A DNA stretch of 64,000 nucleotides, from assembly GCA_044892525.1 (NCBI GenBank), contig CM097885.1:46626001-46690000 (forward strand), in the 5' to 3' direction. The DNA comes from Schmidtea polychroa (lineage: Eukaryota). How positions within the stretch are numbered: the stretch's first letter is position 1; the number at the start of each line of letters is the position of its first letter. Shown one piece after another: positions 14,620-29,177 of the stretch. The notes under the pieces are model-generated. The model worked only from the letters and a program-made list of their open reading frames with translations. It did no database searches and was not told the DNA's origin. A program made the position numbers and the translations under genes.

Positions 14620-17003
14620 GAGACAGAGAATATTGCCATTTAAAGTAATTTATTTAGAGAACTTGTTTATTCAATGTTATCATCAGAGGGCTTATATCAG
14701 TCAACTTTGGAATTTAATGATAATTATTTCTAATGTAAATTGTTGACTTTAATAATTTGTAAATGAATTTATACTGAATTTTCTGAATAACTTGACAAAT
14801 CAATCAATCAAGTTGAGAGCAATTAATTTTTAAAATTAATTTATTTAAATTAATTTATTCAATTTAAATAAATTATTTACTAGGTTTTATTAGAAAATTT
14901 TTATTCATTTGAAGGAAAATCTTTGATGATTTATATTTAAATCAATTAATAACTTGAATGATCAGTATTTAAGATAAATATTTACTGGATTATTAATGAC
15001 TAGAATTTAAATTTCTTTCATGTCCACCTTTTTGATGATATTTATTTCCTATGTTTTGAATAATTAAAATTTCTACATATCATTTTTACAATAATTTCCT
15101 CAATTTTTATCTAATTATTGGAAAATCTTACAGGTACCTTACAAGGTGCCTTGAGTTCAGTTGCATTTTTATTAATTTTTCATCCAATGCGTAATATTTT
15201 CTGAACAACTAACTTTAATGAAGAAGATTATCTTTTAAAGATCAATGAATTTCTATTCAAAAACTAACAGCATAATTCATAATAGTAGATGAATTACACG
15301 CATTTAACATCCGTACCCAGATATTAGTCCCCTGTCTGTAATAATTTTGATAATGTTACATTATGACTGACACAGTCCAGTTATCTCAATGAGAATATCA
15401 TACCAGAAATAATGAAAAAATTCGGAAAGAATATGCAACCTCGATATTTTAGTGGCTGGTTGATTTTCAACTATTATTGTTGTTGGTATATGCTTATAAC
15501 TAACTTGTTGTTGGTACTTTTTAGTTTGTTAGTATTTTGTTGTTGGTAAGTGTTCGTAATTTACTGATTGATGATACCCGGTTGTTGTTATCTGGTTGTA
15601 GGTTGATAGTGCCTAGGTGTTACTATCTCGTTGCTATTTGTTGGTATTTTGTTGTTGGTAGCTTGTTGTTTGTTGGTTGCTAGTACCTTATTGCTAGTTA
15701 GTTGATGGTACCTATTTGTTAGTATCTCATTGTTAACATGTTGTTGTTATCTGGTAGTTAGTAACAGGATATCTGGTTGTAAGTACTTGGTATCTAGTTG
15801 TTATTACCTAGTTGTAGATTGATATTATCTATTTGTTAGTATCTCGTTGGGATACGTTGTTGGTAGGTGGTTGTTTGTTGGCTGCTTGATACTCGTTGTT
15901 AACTGGTTGTTGGTATCAGTTTGATGGGTTGAAAAAATCAGTACCAGAAGATGATCTTAAATATCAGATTCAAGACTTGCAAATTCAACATCTTAGTATT
16001 GTGATTGATTATTAAGTGTATATTGTGTAAGGATCGTTTTATATGAAAATTTCATTTCAACGACTTTATTTAATTAATTTAATGCATGTCATAATGATCT
16101 GAAAATTTATTTAAAGTACCATCAAATGTATTTTAAATCTAAAAAATTAATTAATCAATGAGTTTAAAAAGTTTATTCAAAGTTCATTTAGATTTGCACA
16201 TATAGTTAAAAATATAATGAATTTAATTTCGATTTATTTCTTGTAATAGAAAATTTTAAATTACTTGTCCTTGATTAACATAATGTTATTAATAATTTAG
16301 TTAGATGGTTATTAATAATTTAGTATTATGATAATCGGGTGTTAACTAGTAATCAATTCAAAAAAAAATTAAGCATATATTTTGTCAATAAACATAAGAA
16401 TTTTATATTTGAATTTTATTTTTTTCGTTATAATCTTGAAATATTTCGATTATTTTACTTAATTTTCATTTCAACGTGGTGTTGTATTATTTTAAAGTGG
16501 ATGAGTTGACAATTATTTTTCATTTATCATTTTTGTTAAATTTCTTTGACGAAAGTCATCATTTTTGTTAAATTTAGACTATAAATTTTACTTATTCAGA
16601 CTAAGTTTTCTTAACTACTCAATGTAATTTAGTTAGAAATATTTCTGAATTCTAACACAAATAAAAAATTTATTTATTTAAAAAACATTTGATAAAATAC
16701 ACTGAAGAAATAAAATATTTAGTTGGTTAATTTGTTATTGTGTACATGATTTAATTTATAGAGGATTGTGTGGTTTGTACAGATATTTCAAAGTTAACTT
16801 GTCATTTTAGATGCTGTTAAGAATAAAAGTAGAAAGAAATTGTACACATTCTACTTTTTGAATTAAGATGAGCTTATTATAAAGAAATATGTGAAGAAGA
16901 ATAAACTTTGTATCTTTGCTTTGTCTTTAATTGTTATTATTTTTATGTGTTTGTTAGTAACTAGTTGTAATTACTTGGTGTCTGTTTGTTGAATTAATAT
17001 TGA

Positions 17004-17065
<62 letters not shown>

Positions 17066-17074
17066 TATTATTAT

Positions 17075-17116
<42 letters not shown>

Positions 17117-17274
17117 ATTCACAAAAATTTATTTCATAAAACTTTGCTTTACCCATCTGGAGCAGTCTATTTTCCGATTTACAGAGATTACCCCTCTGGA
17201 CAACTAACAAAAAATTTTTAGGAAAGGTGTGGGGTACCAAATGGTCTTCTCCAGATGGTCACTAACTACCTACT
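14620..17274 (-). mobile_element. Non-autonomous Maverick-like element end (inverted relative of 59657-64000)
   Basis: 14640-15010 matches the reverse complement of 63650-63980; the GTTGTTGGTA satellite at 15470-15920 mirrors the ACCAACAAC satellite at 61240-62150; 16890-16960 matches rc 63345-63400; ends CCAGATGGTCACTAACTACCTACT at 17274. Confidence 0.65.
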
Positions 17275-17349
17275 AAAAAATAGCGTGTAGCACCCGACTG
17301 AGGCTTAAACTGCCAAACTGCTTATTAGTCAAATTACATTGAAACATAT

Positions 17350-17460
17350 TCAAACATGGTTTCTTAGGATAAATATTCTATTTATCAACCTTTTCTTTCA
17401 TCATCATTAATAAAAGCGATTTTGAGTATCCATTCTTCATCAAAATGTTTTGTATATAAT
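17350..17460 (-). mobile_element. Penelope-like ORF fragment
   Basis: Minus strand reads IQNILMKNGYSKSLLLMMMKEKVDK, similar to LLVKNVYSKRFLLLTLKETVDK in the 45254-45949 ORF. Confidence 0.55.
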
Positions 17461-17499
17461 ATTAAATTTAAAAATAAATAATTATATTAGTTATATTCA

Positions 17500-17572
<73 letters not shown>

Positions 17573-20500
17573 TTAATAATAATTTTATAAATAATCAAAG
17601 AAATTTTAATAATTAAAAAACTTCAATTAAGTATATAGTGCAATGTTATTTAAATACTTTTGCAGTGTTTTTTAATTAATAATTTTATAATTTTTTTTTT
17701 AATCAATCTATTATACCTATTTTTTATCCTATCAGATCTCGACTGAGACTGTCGAAATATATCGTAAAATCGAGGTTTGAGTGGGAATTTCTAATAATTT
17801 AATAGAATAATTAATTTCATTAAATATAATTAAATTGGTCTAATGAATTATGAAATTATGAATTGTAATGTAGCAATAATATTTGTGAATTTTCATAAAA
17901 CTTTACTATAACATTACTTACTTATTAATATTTAAGTAAAATGTTTTCAATTTTCTATTAATTAAAAAAAATTACAGTTTATAGATTTCTTGAACTGATA
18001 TTTATGAAATAAAGATTTGCCATGAGTTAACTTAGAAAATGTCTCTTACAGACTAGAAATGTAAAATAAACACTGAATCCTGAACATCTATCTATGAATG
18101 GTTTTAAAAAGTGCATTTTTATAATTTTGCCTAAATCCTACCATGGGAAAAATGACTGCTGCGACTGTCTAAAACTTTTTCAAATTAGCAATTTTTAATT
18201 TCAATTATTGCGCGAATGCAAACAGAAAAATCACAAACTAATGAAAAATAACAGTTATAATTAATTTTAAATATAATTTAAAGTAACTAAATAATTAATG
18301 ACATTTGTAGAAAATTTCCGCAACTCTTATTTTTGGGCACATGATTATAAATAAAATGTTGCGATTTTATAATATTATCAATTATAAACTCGCAGAGTAC
18401 TTTAAAACCTATTGAATATTTAATTAACAAATATTTTAAATTAATTATGATAATAAATTTTTTTTTAATTATTCGTTAAAGAAATCACTCGTTTTTCGCA
18501 AGTTTTTAACGCAGTAATGCTAAATTGACTTTAGATTTGCAAAGAAACAATAAAATTAGAGACAGATCACACTTATAGATAAAATATTCTTATGTAACAT
18601 ATAGCATAATTTTATACTTTATTTTTATGTAATAACGCATCTTTACAGATTTTTTAGTCAATTGTTTAAACTAAATTTATGCCACCGTTCAATTTCCCAA
18701 TTGGGCTCATTTTTTTAATTTGGATGAAACTGACCAAAAATAAATTGATTTGGCATATGGAAAGGCTCATTCACGGAAACCATATATAACACCGGATAGT
18801 GGCCAAACTATTGGCTTTTGTATAGAAAAGTAGCAAAACTGAAGGAAACCTAATTTGAGGAAGTGAGGATTTTATTAATGTAGTTATATTCAAAAGAACA
18901 ATTTATTCTTATACTGGGACAATTTGATTTCCTAAGATGTGTAGTAGGTTCAAGCATCTTTAATAAAAATTCTTGGATAATAAATTTACATAATCTATAA
19001 CTACAAAACACACAAAAGTTGGCTGCTGTTACTAATCAATATTTTAAAATTTACTGAAATTCAAATCTTTAAATATTCCGTTATAAAAAATCTCCTGTCC
19101 CAGTTTAAAAAAATGACGGCAAAAAATAGCAATGATTTTAACCTAATAAAAGCTAATTTCCAAAGTAATTAAAAATTCATAAATTAAACACGCAACAAAA
19201 TTAATTATAGAAGCGAAATGCCTAAATAATTCCCACTAAATAATGATTATGACAGTTTTGCATGTTGAGTTTCAAAATCAGAAATATTTCCCTGAAATAG
19301 GAATTTTTTGTGAGCACAAAACAGATGGTGCACCAAATGACATGAGAATCATTGTAATAAAACATGACTATTTGTTCTGGGTTGTAATACCTCAGGGGAC
19401 AAGGCTTTATAATCCAGAAACTTTTCAATATAGTTATTAATTACTATTTTTAATGGGAAATGAAATTCTATATAGACTACTTATATTTATGAGTAAAATG
19501 ACCCAGTGAAATAAAGTTCTTTTTAATTCTTCATCTTGTTAGTAATCAGTTTCCTCGGTTTTTCTTAGTTTGTGTCATGAAAATTTAGAAAATAGTTCCT
19601 CAGCAATATAAACATGTTTTATGTCGGCTACCTCATTTATGATACACCCGAAAGAAACAGAAATAAGTAGCTGGCTGGGCGCTCACTTAATTCAAAAAAG
19701 GTCGTCTTTATGGTGGTCTGGTTTCGAGTTAGAATTACAATAATGCAATTTTTTTTTAATAAAATGGATTGAGAATATGTAGTATATCAGTTTTGCCTTT
19801 GGTAAATTAGCTTTTTCACTGCGCCTTTAAAATGTGAAATGAGAGCAATTAGTCTCATTGATACTTAAAGCATCTAATTGCACTCTTGGAGTACAACTTA
19901 TTTCCTCTAACCTTTCAAAGTATCAAAGTTTGGAAATATCTAAGTTCTGTTTTACATAGTTTTCACTAAAATAATTTTCACATGCACTTATTCACACAAA
20001 GATTTACCAAAAAAATAATTTTCATACTAATATTCATTGAACGTCGAGTTAAAAATGGTTAAAAATAATTGAATTAAAACAAATAAAGTAACAAATAATA
20101 TTAATATTTAAATTGTACATAAATTTTTTTGGTAGTTTTGTAAAAGATTTTTGGCTGCCGTTTATTATAAATATGTATTTAAAAAAGAAATTTAAAAGAA
20201 ATCCTGAAAAATATTTTCACCTACCAAACTGAAAATATTAATTATTTTTTTGTGGAAATATAAAAATTAATTTTTTTCGGTTTCAGTGATTTAACAATAA
20301 GAAGTGAGAAGTCATTTGATTTTACCGAATTATTTATAATCCCAAAATTTATACACCATTGGACCTCTTCGCCTTCCGATGTTTTAATACTTTTCACCAT
20401 TTTTCAATGAAAATTCGAAATGGTCGTGGTCAGCAAAAATTGTAGGTCTCAAAATCTCTATATTTTGAAAAAAAAACTTTCAAAAATCTCAAAGAATCTT

Positions 20501-22401
20501 CTCTTAGACAAACTCTTTCCTTGAAAATTTAAAATTATTTTAACCACCTTTTCTCGGAGATAAAAAAGAAGTTGAGCAAAATTTTACTAGGCAACAATTT
20601 CCATCTTTTTGCAAAAACAAATTTTCAAAAATTTCAAACCCTCACTCTAAAACTTTAAATTTTTTTTACTCTTCCTACATTAGTAAAAAATCAACTGAGA
20701 ATTTAAGTCTGTAACAAACAACCAAATGTTCTTTGAAAACTTAGAAAATTGACAATTACCCACAAATTCATTCGTCATTTGATTTCCCGAACAACTTTAA
20801 AATTTTTGTTAAAAATCTATGGCTTTAAAACTCGCGCCAAAATCTCAGATATTTAATCAACTTACAGAGGCTTAAAATATTCTCAATTCAGCTAACAATT
20901 ATCATCAAAATTCGGATCATTTTCGTTGATTTTATCAATTTTTTCTAAATTGCATGTCATAAAAATAATTTGTTTTATTAGATCACTTTTTAAGATTGTT
21001 TTATGGCGCGTTGTTCAAAAGGTTTTGATATTAGAAAATAAAATGTAGAAAATTATTAATTTATATAATATTACTTTATTTTTTCTGAACTAAATAAAAT
21101 CAACGATTATAAAATTTTATGAAAATTTTAATATGATTATGACAAATCTTGGAAATATTTCAAGTGTTTTTGTCTAGCAGAATATGATCTAAATAGTCTT
21201 GATTCTACAATTGATCTTAAAAAGACATTAAGTAATTAAATTACTGAAGTTATTATTTAGTCATTACAGTTAAAAGTGCTATAAATACTTATAAAAAATA
21301 CTGATATTTTTATTCCATTTAAACAAAATTTTCTAAACTTTAATATAAAAATCGAATTCTAAAATTATTTCTAATTTTAAGTCTGAAAGTAATAAAATTT
21401 CAATTTACAAGCAAGCGTAATCTCAAATAATTTATCTTTTAAATGATCTCTAGAAAACTGTACCTCTCTCAATTCATTGTTTAAATAATAGGCTATTGCT
21501 ATTATTCTTGAATACGTTGATAAACAATATTTTTCACTCAGACTTACTAAATTTGATGCATAACAGAGATTAACGGACAAATATTATTTTGAATATTTTC
21601 TTATTAGTATTTTGTAGAAAATAATTCAATATAATAATTTTACAGAGAACAGGAAATTTTGTTCTCACAGTCTTACATATTTAAAATTGTTTATTGAACA
21701 GAAAATCAGTTGTAAACCGACTGTTATATACATGCTGTTTGTTTCAATGTAAATTATTTTTTTAGTTTTTCACGTAGAAAACAAATGACGTATAAATGGA
21801 AGTTGCTTTGAATAAAATATGTTTACTGAAATGAAAATAATGACAAAAAATTGTAATTTTAAAACTAATTTTGTTTTAACTAACCGTTTTTCCTTTATTT
21901 CAAAACCCATTAACTAAATATATTGAATTGAATTTTTTTTGTGCATTTTTAATTGTTCGATTTAATTATTTTGTTATATTTATTAGCATATCTGCAAAAA
22001 AAATTATATATGAAATTCTATAATGAATAAGAAAGATAATTACAAATTTAAAAATTAATACTTTACTCATTTATTATTTGGCTAGAATTACTTAAATATA
22101 TAAGAAACATCAATTATTAAAAACTAGTAAAAATACAAATAATAAAAGTTATTATTTAATTAATTAAAAAGACATAAACTCTGTGTCTTTTATAAATTTC
22201 CATAGTAGGACTGCCCAACCAGGCGATTGCAACACAAATTTCGGCCGATCTTCAACTACAAACTGAAAATGTTAACTTATACAAATATTTTTTTTTGAAA
22301 AATAAAAAATATGTTTGAAGTAGGGGCGGTTAAAGTAAAATTTCGAAGTTTTGAAGTTTCGGAGTTTCGAAGGGATAACTAAAATATTTTTGTCTCGGAA
22401 G

Positions 22402-22563
22402 TATCTAATATATAGAGATGAAAGTTTGTTTGTTTGATTTTTATAGAATTCCCCACCGTTGTACCTAGGGGGCTGAAATTTTGCATGTGGCCCTCATCTG
22501 ACTCGAGACAAGTCATAGGCTATGTTTCAACCCCAGGTGACCACCCCTACGGACCCTAACCCT
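22402..22563 (+). mobile_element. Truncated copy of a non-autonomous Helitron-like repeat
   Basis: Close match to 22872-23034 (TATCTAATATATA..GAAAGTTTGTTTGTTTG...CCCTAACCCTA). Confidence 0.7.
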
Positions 22564-22744
22564 ATATTTATTCCATTTTTATACATTTTCAATACAAAAT
22601 TCTGTTTGTATTATAAAATCATTCTATTATTGATTTTAAATATTTAATATTAATTTAACAATTTCCTCTTTTTAATTTTTAAAAATACTAAATTAATTTG
22701 TAAGTACCATTTTTATATATCAGAAATTACGTTCCAAGAATAAA

Positions 22745-23264
<520 letters not shown>

Positions 23265-23399
23265 TATATAAATACTTATATATTAATAGATTTATAATTT
23301 TTATAATTTATAATATATTTATAAATTTGAATTACTAAGTTTATGGTTTCTGTATATACATTTATTTAATTTTCTCCAGCCCTCCATATGAGCATTTCT

Positions 23400-24890
23400 A
23401 AGTAAAATAGAATCTACCATTATCACAATGAATTGGAACATGAGTATTTTTTTATTATGTCTAATAGTAAATGTTGCTGTTTAATATGTTCCTCGTCTGT
23501 AACAATTTCCAAAGAAAGAAAATGCGAAGAGACATTTCAAACAATGCATGCAAAATATGTTGAATATCCAAGAAATATTGAAATACGCAAAACAAAAATC
23601 CAAGATTTGAAAAAACGCTACGAAGAAACCAGTTGCAGAAATTTGTTATTTATTTGCCAAAAGAAAAAAAGCATTCAGCGATGGCAATTCGATTAAAGAA
23701 TCGTTTTTGATAGCAGCAGAAGCTTTTCTTACCGATTTTAAAAATTAAACAAATATTATCGATACAATTAAGGATTTACATCTTACGAAAATAACTGTAA
23801 CAAGAAGAATAGAAGATTTAAGTGCAGATGTTACTGATCCGTTACAACAAGACATAACTAAATGTGTTGCATATTCATTGCAACAGACGTGATCACTAGA
23901 CAATTACTGCAGATTCATAGTTATTAGAAGTTTGGTTTCTTTAATTAATCACATCCATATTTTAAAAGCAAAACAAAATTATATTTTTAAAAACAACACA
24001 AAAAATCTCTATTATTAAAACAATCACTGTTTTTAGCTTAGAGGATATTTTCGCAAGCATGAGTTAATATTTGAATAGGGAATATTCGTACACAAGCATT
24101 CAATAAATATTTTATATTTTAATCTTCAATCATTCTTAAATATATTTAATTTATTATTTTAATTTATAATTTTATTATTTACTTTAATTATATTATTTAA
24201 ATCTATTTAAATCTGGAAATTAAATACTTCTTCAATTTAATTACTTTCACAATAGTCATAGTAAACACAATGCCAATTGAAAAGAAATCAGATATGAAAA
24301 TCGAAAGAACTTCTTATAATCCAATTAATGGTATCTATACGAATGGTATTTGAAGACTGAATTAATAGAGACGAACTTCTTAAAATAATACTACTGCATG
24401 GAAGGATAAGAGGACATGATACATTTAATGCTTTTGATAATTTTGTTAAAATAACAGCGTTTTCTATTTCAAAATTAGTTTCCATTACGTCAATGAACGG
24501 TCGAAAAAATGATAAAGATATAAATTTTATGTCATATTACTGCATTATTTATCCAATAGACTAGACACCCACGATGTAATAAAAATTCCTTTTAAGATTG
24601 AATATTCTATCCGTGACAGTGCTCTCCAGAGACGTTTCTTTAGGTTAAAAAGTGAAGACCTGAAGAAAGAACTTCTTCTAAATAAAAATGTTCGGTAGCT
24701 TAGAAAAAACAAATTTTTAATGAGGTTTATGGATTTATTGGATGAAATAAGAAAGATGCAAGAAGTCTAAAATCAAATCACGTTTGACATAATTTTAACA
24801 GATACAGCACTTAAAATGTTGTACTGCTTTGGTTTCGCTTTTTTGAAATGAACCTTATTTATTCGAAAATCTGAAATTTTTGTCTGATAT
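23400..24890 (+). pseudogene. hAT (SPIN/Charlie, GTF2IRD2-like) transposase remnant interrupted by an insert at about 23910-24290
   Basis: CCCLICSSSV (BED-like), TVTRRIEDLS, ELLKIILLHGRIRGHD, KLVSIT..SMNGRKN, YCII (CxxH region); many frameshifts. Confidence 0.8.
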
Positions 24891-26259
24891 CCACCTGATA
24901 TTTAAGATTTTCAGTGTAATATAATCCAGATTGTGAAAAAATTGCTAAGTCAAACCAATGCCTAAGGTCACATTAATTTGTGCTTGTTTTCTTATGTTTT
25001 TATTTGTTTGAATTTTTTTCTTATGTTTTTATATTTTATTGTATTTATTTTTTTAATTTTAGAATGAAGTGAAATAAATTCAAGTTATATTAATTAAAAA
25101 TCTAAATTCTTTGTACATGGGTAGATCTCAAGGAAGTTGGATTAAAAAAAGTCGATCTTTAGTATATAAAGGTTTGGTAGGCCTGATGTAGAAAGTCAAA
25201 CAAGGTTTCAAAAGATATATCATTTTAGTGACCATGTATAAATTTAAAAACCGTTATGCAAATGAATAATTTTAAGGTGAATACTCAATAAAATATCTAT
25301 TTTCATATTTTTTATGGTCATTTTAAATTTAATATAATTCTCAATTTACAAAAATTTCTTTGTGTCCAATTGGAATTGTTAAATGTAAAAATTATAGTAA
25401 TTCAAAGACATTTAAGTTACAAAATTTAGAGTATTTTCATGGGCGCTTTTACTAATAGGCAGACCTAGGCAACTGCTTAGGGGCGCCAACCGAAAAAGGG
25501 CGTTTGCAATGTTATTTTCTTCGTAATTCTTTTTTCAAAATTTTTATATATTTATTGATAATTAAATTATGTAATAGAAAATAAGAATTAAACAAGATAA
25601 TACTATTAATATACATTAATATTATTTATAAGTACTACTTTGTTTTTGTTGTACTGACGGCTTTTACTAATGGGTTTTCAAATTTGTTGTAATGTAAAAT
25701 AAAAAGATTATAGAAGTTAAAATTTTTAAAAGTTTGAATTTAAGTTGAATTTGCTATAATTTTTTAGTACAGAATATTTTATAGTGCTATGTTGGTAAAA
25801 TATCAATGTTTTAATGGAAATTACAATACATTAGTCAGTTATGAAATTATATCGTTTTATTAGGTTGTGATGAATGCACAGTAAATTAATTTAGATTTAT
25901 GGCTTAGAACAATGTTTTATTAAATTTTCTATTAATTATCCAGGGTATTATTAAGTAGTGTTAATGACCGATTTACTTGGTTTTGACAATGAAATCTTTA
26001 GAGATAATTGGGATTGATATCACCTTTAAATTATTTTTATCTTTATTTAAGCGGAGAATGACAAAAGTTGAGAAATATGGACTTAAAACATCGACAACTA
26101 AAGAAAATTGATCTTTATTGGAGGAAATTTATCGGGTGATTTTAATTAGTAATTAAATCGGTTGAATATCGGTAAAATAAGACCATTTGAAGAAATATAT
26201 TTTATTGAATGGATAAATTTAATCTTTCAATGGGACCTAGTTAGTTCTAATAAAATTTG

Positions 26260-27137
26260 ACTTTAAAAGCTTTCATTTAAATTTGACTTTAAAAATATTT
26301 CATTAAAATTTCCATTAAAATTTGACTTTAAAATTTATTTCACTAAAATTTTCATTTAAAATTTTCAATTCTCAATCACCGACTACTATTCTAACTTTTT
26401 GTTAATAAATTTAAAAATCTTACTTTAATTTACTTATTACATTACTTTAATTTACTTATTTAACTTTAATTTAAAACTTTTGACCATTGATTACTTAATT
26501 TTAAATTTTGAACCTTAATTAACTTATTTGAGCCCATTGATTACTTTAATTAAAATTTTTAGACCATAAGTTACTTTAATTCAAAAATTTGGACCATAAT
26601 TTACTGTAATTCAATTATTAGACCCATAATATACTTTCATTGAAAACTTTACCAAGCTTTTTTATTGTAGACCACCTTTTTCTATTGAAAATCCTAGGAC
26701 CAAGGAGACCCACCTTAATTTACTTGGAAAAATCCATGCCTTTTTACTGAAGACTGATATTTGTATTGAAAATATCCGGAGACCTTAAATTACCACTCTT
26801 TTTTATTGAGGACCACCTTTTTCTATTGGATATATCCTGAGACATTAAATTACCATGACTTTTTAGTGATAGACGGATTTTGTATTGAAAATCCCAGGAC
26901 CATGGAGATCCCCTCACTATAGTCTGAATAAATCCATGCTTTTTTGGTGATAGTCGGATTTTGTATTGAAAATATTTTTGTATTGAAAATCTCAGGACCA
27001 TGGAGACCCCCTCACTATAATCTGAAAAATCTCTGAAAGCAATAAAAGCAAGTTGCCGCAATTGCATAATCAAAAGTTGCCGCAGGCCCCTCCCCGGGGG
27101 GGGGGTAATTGTGGCAGGGAGCTCCTAACTACCTACT
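26260..27137 (-). mobile_element. Terminal portion of the same non-autonomous Maverick-like family as 59657-61200
   Basis: Reverse complement begins AGTAGGTAGTTAGGAGC...CAATTACCCCCCC-GGGG...ATAGTGAGGGGGTCTCCATGGTCCTGAGATTTTCAATACAAAAA, colinear with 59657 onward, including the ~30-bp satellite. Sits directly before a hAT C-terminal remnant (IDYSDIIDDFPDKKSR). Confidence 0.8.
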
Positions 27138-27636
27138 AATAGAAACAGATTTTATATCAAATATAGATTATTCTGATATAATTGATGACTTTCCTGACAA
27201 AAAATCAAGGTGAAAATTTTAATGTGTTAAAAGGAAGTAAGAAAAGCAAACTATTACTTAATTAAAGAGTACTCTACTGACTATTTTAGTTCTTAATAAA
27301 TCAATAAATTAACAAAAACAACAGATACTTAGTTTTATTTGTATATTTGTACTTTTTAATTTTTAATACGAATAATGGGGCGCGTTAATATATATTGCCT
27401 AAGGGCGCCATAGATACAAATGAGGCAATAAGTATTTTAATATTCTATTAGATTTCATAATCTAGTTATATAAAATACAACTCTAGAAATGTATGTATGT
27501 TTTCTATAAACGACTTTAATTTTGGATGTAGAGTCAGAATAAATATATTGAAAAATAGATAATGGTAAATTCAGTGACATTCGTGTAAGACGCAAAAGGA
27601 AATTTTGAGGAAAAGGAAAAAACAAAATAAAAATAT

Positions 27637-28334
27637 CAGAGCCTGAGCTATGGAGTGGCGAATGGGGCGACTGTGAAATGATCATTTAATTTTTTTTGCT
27701 TTTCTTTCTTTTTTTCATATTAAATTTTTATATTCTGCTTTCCATGTTTACTGTTTTCAAAAGTTAAACTAAAACAAAACTGTTTTGCTGGTCTATCTAA
27801 AGGTTTTTGCAAACGGACGACTAAATCCGAAGGTGGCTGATCATCTAAACAATTTTGAGCATAGAAAATGCTACTTAGCCTGGAAAGATCTTGAAAATCG
27901 TTTGAAAGAAGGAAGGACAATTGATGATAATGGTTATAGATATCGATATGCCCGATACAGTAGTCTATATATAAAAACGAGAAATCGGAGAATAGCCTAT
28001 TCAATATTGAGAAAAGAATCAGAATTATTTTTTGATAGTAAGGGAAATTTTGTGAAACATGCCAACTCATTTCTTGCAAACTCGGCCACCTGCTGATATG
28101 GGAGATGAAGCTATATATGTATATACACATGTATAATAAATATTTATAATTAATTGGTTTTCGTTATAATATAAGTTTGGTTAAGCATTGTATAGCTTTG
28201 CATCTTAATTTGACTCTTCAAGACCAATTCCATTCCTGTAAGTACATAATTAATAGGGGTGGTGGATACTTTTGGCAACAAGGGCGCCAAATTTCAATCT
28301 CGCCCGGGCGCCATTTTTCCTAGCTACGGCTCGG
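27637..28334 (+). mobile_element. Internally deleted hAT element with TTF-type zinc-finger fragment
   Basis: TIR-like CAGAGCCTGAGCTA / TAGCTACGGCTCGG; 8-bp flanks AAAAATAT / CAAAATAT; FCFPCLLFS..GFCK..EHRKCYLAWKDL..KGNF; GGGCGCC subterminal motifs. Confidence 0.75.
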
Positions 28335-29135
28335 CAAAATATCAAAAAATCCTTTCCTAATTTATGCGAAGTGAACAAAATACATTTAAGAATTGACATA
28401 AATAATTATTTATCATTTAAATGCAAAAGCTGCTTAACTAACATTTTAAATAATATTTAAATAATATTTAGAAGCCAATTAATTTTTATCTTTTAATAAT
28501 TTTTGTAAAAAGAAGCAGTATATACAATAGAAGCCTTTCTAAAAAATATTAATTAATAACAAATTTGAATAATTTTTTTGTGGTATAAAATATTTTTTTA
28601 CGGATGTCTAACATTATAGGGTTTTTCATTCACATGTTTTCATTCTTATATTCCCATGTTTTCATTCATATAATCCCATATTTTCATTCTTATATTCCCA
28701 TGTTTTCATTATTATATTCCCATAAAAATAAATAAATGTTAACATATATTTAAATATTTATATAAATAAAAAACTATCAAAACAATTTATAAACAAAAAT
28801 AAAGCGCATAAATATTTATTTATATAAACATTACTCTTCTTAAAGCTTTATCTAGCCACCTACGCATATTCAGATAAAAACCTTCTCATTGAGTAAAATA
28901 ATATAAACATTTTTTATATTTTTATATTTTTATGTTTAAATTATTTTAATGTTAAACATCCGTAATATGATTTTTCATAGGCCATGTTTACAAGTTTGCA
29001 GATATTTTTTTTCTGTGATTTAGCTAATTTGCAAATGATGTCATTTCCAGTGTAGCAGATAAAGTATGCAATAGAGTTGAATCAGCAATATTGATTACTT
29101 ACCTGGGGCGAAGAAAAAATCTTCGCGTCTCCTGC

Positions 29136-29177
29136 ATAGTACTGATGAGAGCCAAAAGCTCGAAACTAGTCTACTAT
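29136..29177 (+). ncRNA. Type I hammerhead ribozyme (minimal, palindromic stem III)
   Basis: ATAGTA-CTGATGA-GAGC(CAAAA)GCTC-GAAA-CTAGTC-TACTAT: 6-bp stem I, intact CUGAUGA and GAAA core, 4-bp stem II, ACTAGT palindrome, GUC cleavage triplet ending at 29171. Confidence 0.88.
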
